A DNA stretch of 64,000 nt, from the NCBI GenBank assembly GCA_002269645.1, contig NIVC01001827.1:1-64000 (forward strand). Reading direction: 5' to 3'. The DNA comes from Macrostomum lignano (Eukaryota). This document shows, in pieces, positions 63,064 to 64,000 of the stretch. The notes beneath the pieces are model-generated. The model was not told where the DNA came from. It was given only the letters and a program-made list of their open reading frames with translations, and did not search any database. Position 1 is the stretch's first letter, and each line of letters begins with the position of its first letter. The position numbers and the translations under genes were made by a program.

Positions 63064-64000
63064 ACGATCTGCCGCTGAACGACCCCGCAATGCTGAAACT
63101 CGAGGATGTTAAGCAGGCAACTGCGACCGACTCAGTGCTGCTGGGCATCAAACGCCGGATCCGCGACAACGTCTGGAGCAACTGCTCAGCGGAGCGAGAG
63201 GTGGCCGTAGCCCAGCGGTAGCGCAGCTGCTCTGGTGTGCCAGCGGCCCAGGCTCGATTCCAAGTGCAGCCACATTAACTTGGGGCTGAATTGGAATTTC
63301 GGCTTGGCTCTGCTCGTGCAATTAACGGCCTTGAGAGCCAACCCCCCAAGGCACAGTGAAGTGTACATGCCTAACGATAAAATAAAGTTAGGGCCGCTGT
63401 ACACTCCTGTGTGAGTGTGTGCCTGCGTACGTATCCGCGCGCTTGTATGCCTGCTCAGGGGAGTCGGCGGAATGGGCAGTAATGCCTCTCGCCGGTTGTG
63501 TGCCTATGTCGCTTAAAGTGCGCCAGGGTGCGCACAACCCCCCTGCCTCTAATAAAAAAAACTGCTCAGCGGCCGAACGTCCCTTTAAGAGCGTGCGCCA
63601 GCAGCTGTCCGTCGAGGACGGCGTCATCTGCCTGAGTGATCTGGTGGTGCCGCCAGCCGTGCTGCGACCTCAGCTGCTGCAAGCGGCACACGCCGACACC
63701 CACTGCGGAGCGCTGGCGACGCGCAACCGGCTCAAGCGAGAGGCCTGGTGGCTGGGTCACTGCGACGACGTCGAGCGATACGTCAAGCAGTGTGTGAAGT
63801 GCGCGGAGATCCGCAGGCCAACAGCCCGCACGACGCACACCTGGCCAGCGGAGACCACGGCGTGGCAGCGTGTGCACATTGACCACGCGCAAGTGCAAGG
63901 AGCCGGCTCCCTCCTCATTGCGGTGGACGCCTACTCTGGTTGGCCTGAGGCGGTGCTGGTACCCGACAGGACGGCCAGAACGACGTTGCGGGTTCTGCGG
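63064..64000 (+). mobile_element. Ty3/Gypsy pol remnant: RNaseH-integrase tether, HHCC zinc finger, start of rve; split by a SINE; runs off the window
   Basis: With the SINE removed the frame is continuous: ...QATATDSVLLGIKRRIRDNVWSNCSAAERPFKSVRQQLSVEDGVI...AAHADTHCG...EAWWLG...CVKC...WQRVHIDHA...VDAYSGWPEA. Confidence 0.9.
63193..63560 (+). mobile_element. tRNA-derived SINE (family A), full length, with TSD
   Basis: A-box TAGCCCAGCGG, B-box GGCTCGATTCC, tail AATAAAAAAA; 12-bp TSD ACTGCTCAGCGG at 63181-63192 and 63561-63572. Confidence 0.92.

Noticed and set aside
63450-63482. HDV-like ribozyme in SINE A (GGCGGAATGGGC resembles J4/2-P2)
   Set aside because: The complement CTGCTCA lies only 15 nt upstream, giving a simple hairpin with no room for P1, P3 and P1.1

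Overview
Animal genomic DNA: spliced genes with GT-AG introns, GC-rich exons, and roughly a third of the window (about 21 kb by my tally) in micro- and minisatellite arrays. The style resembles the free-living flatworm Macrostomum, but the species is my inference only. Genes: a complete 4-exon mitochondrial GDP-forming succinyl-CoA ligase beta subunit (SUCLG2, minus, 8584-12498); an unidentified intronless 326-aa ORF (minus, 13662-14642); a complete 4-exon dysbindin (plus, 21821-23831); an intronless 876-aa Toll-like receptor with two LRR cysteine clusters, a TM helix and a TIR domain (plus, 32156-34786); and the 3' six exons of an SK/KCNN Ca-activated K channel (minus, 42828-56401), with a 1-nt frameshift and with its upstream exons not found in the window. 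An AT-rich nest of cut-and-paste DNA transposons lies at 15.3-20.4 kb: a dead Merlin/IS1595-type element with an 8-bp TSD, a second Merlin-related family, and three MITEs with 3-, 4- and 9-bp TSDs. Two tRNA-derived SINE families are present. At the right end is an internally deleted Ty3/Gypsy element (duplicated 185-bp LTR, tRNA-Ser-type PBS, integrase region only) interrupted by a SINE with a 12-bp TSD. There is no CRISPR array and no credible rRNA or tRNA gene. The most notable observation is the canonical TLR, if the host really is a flatworm.
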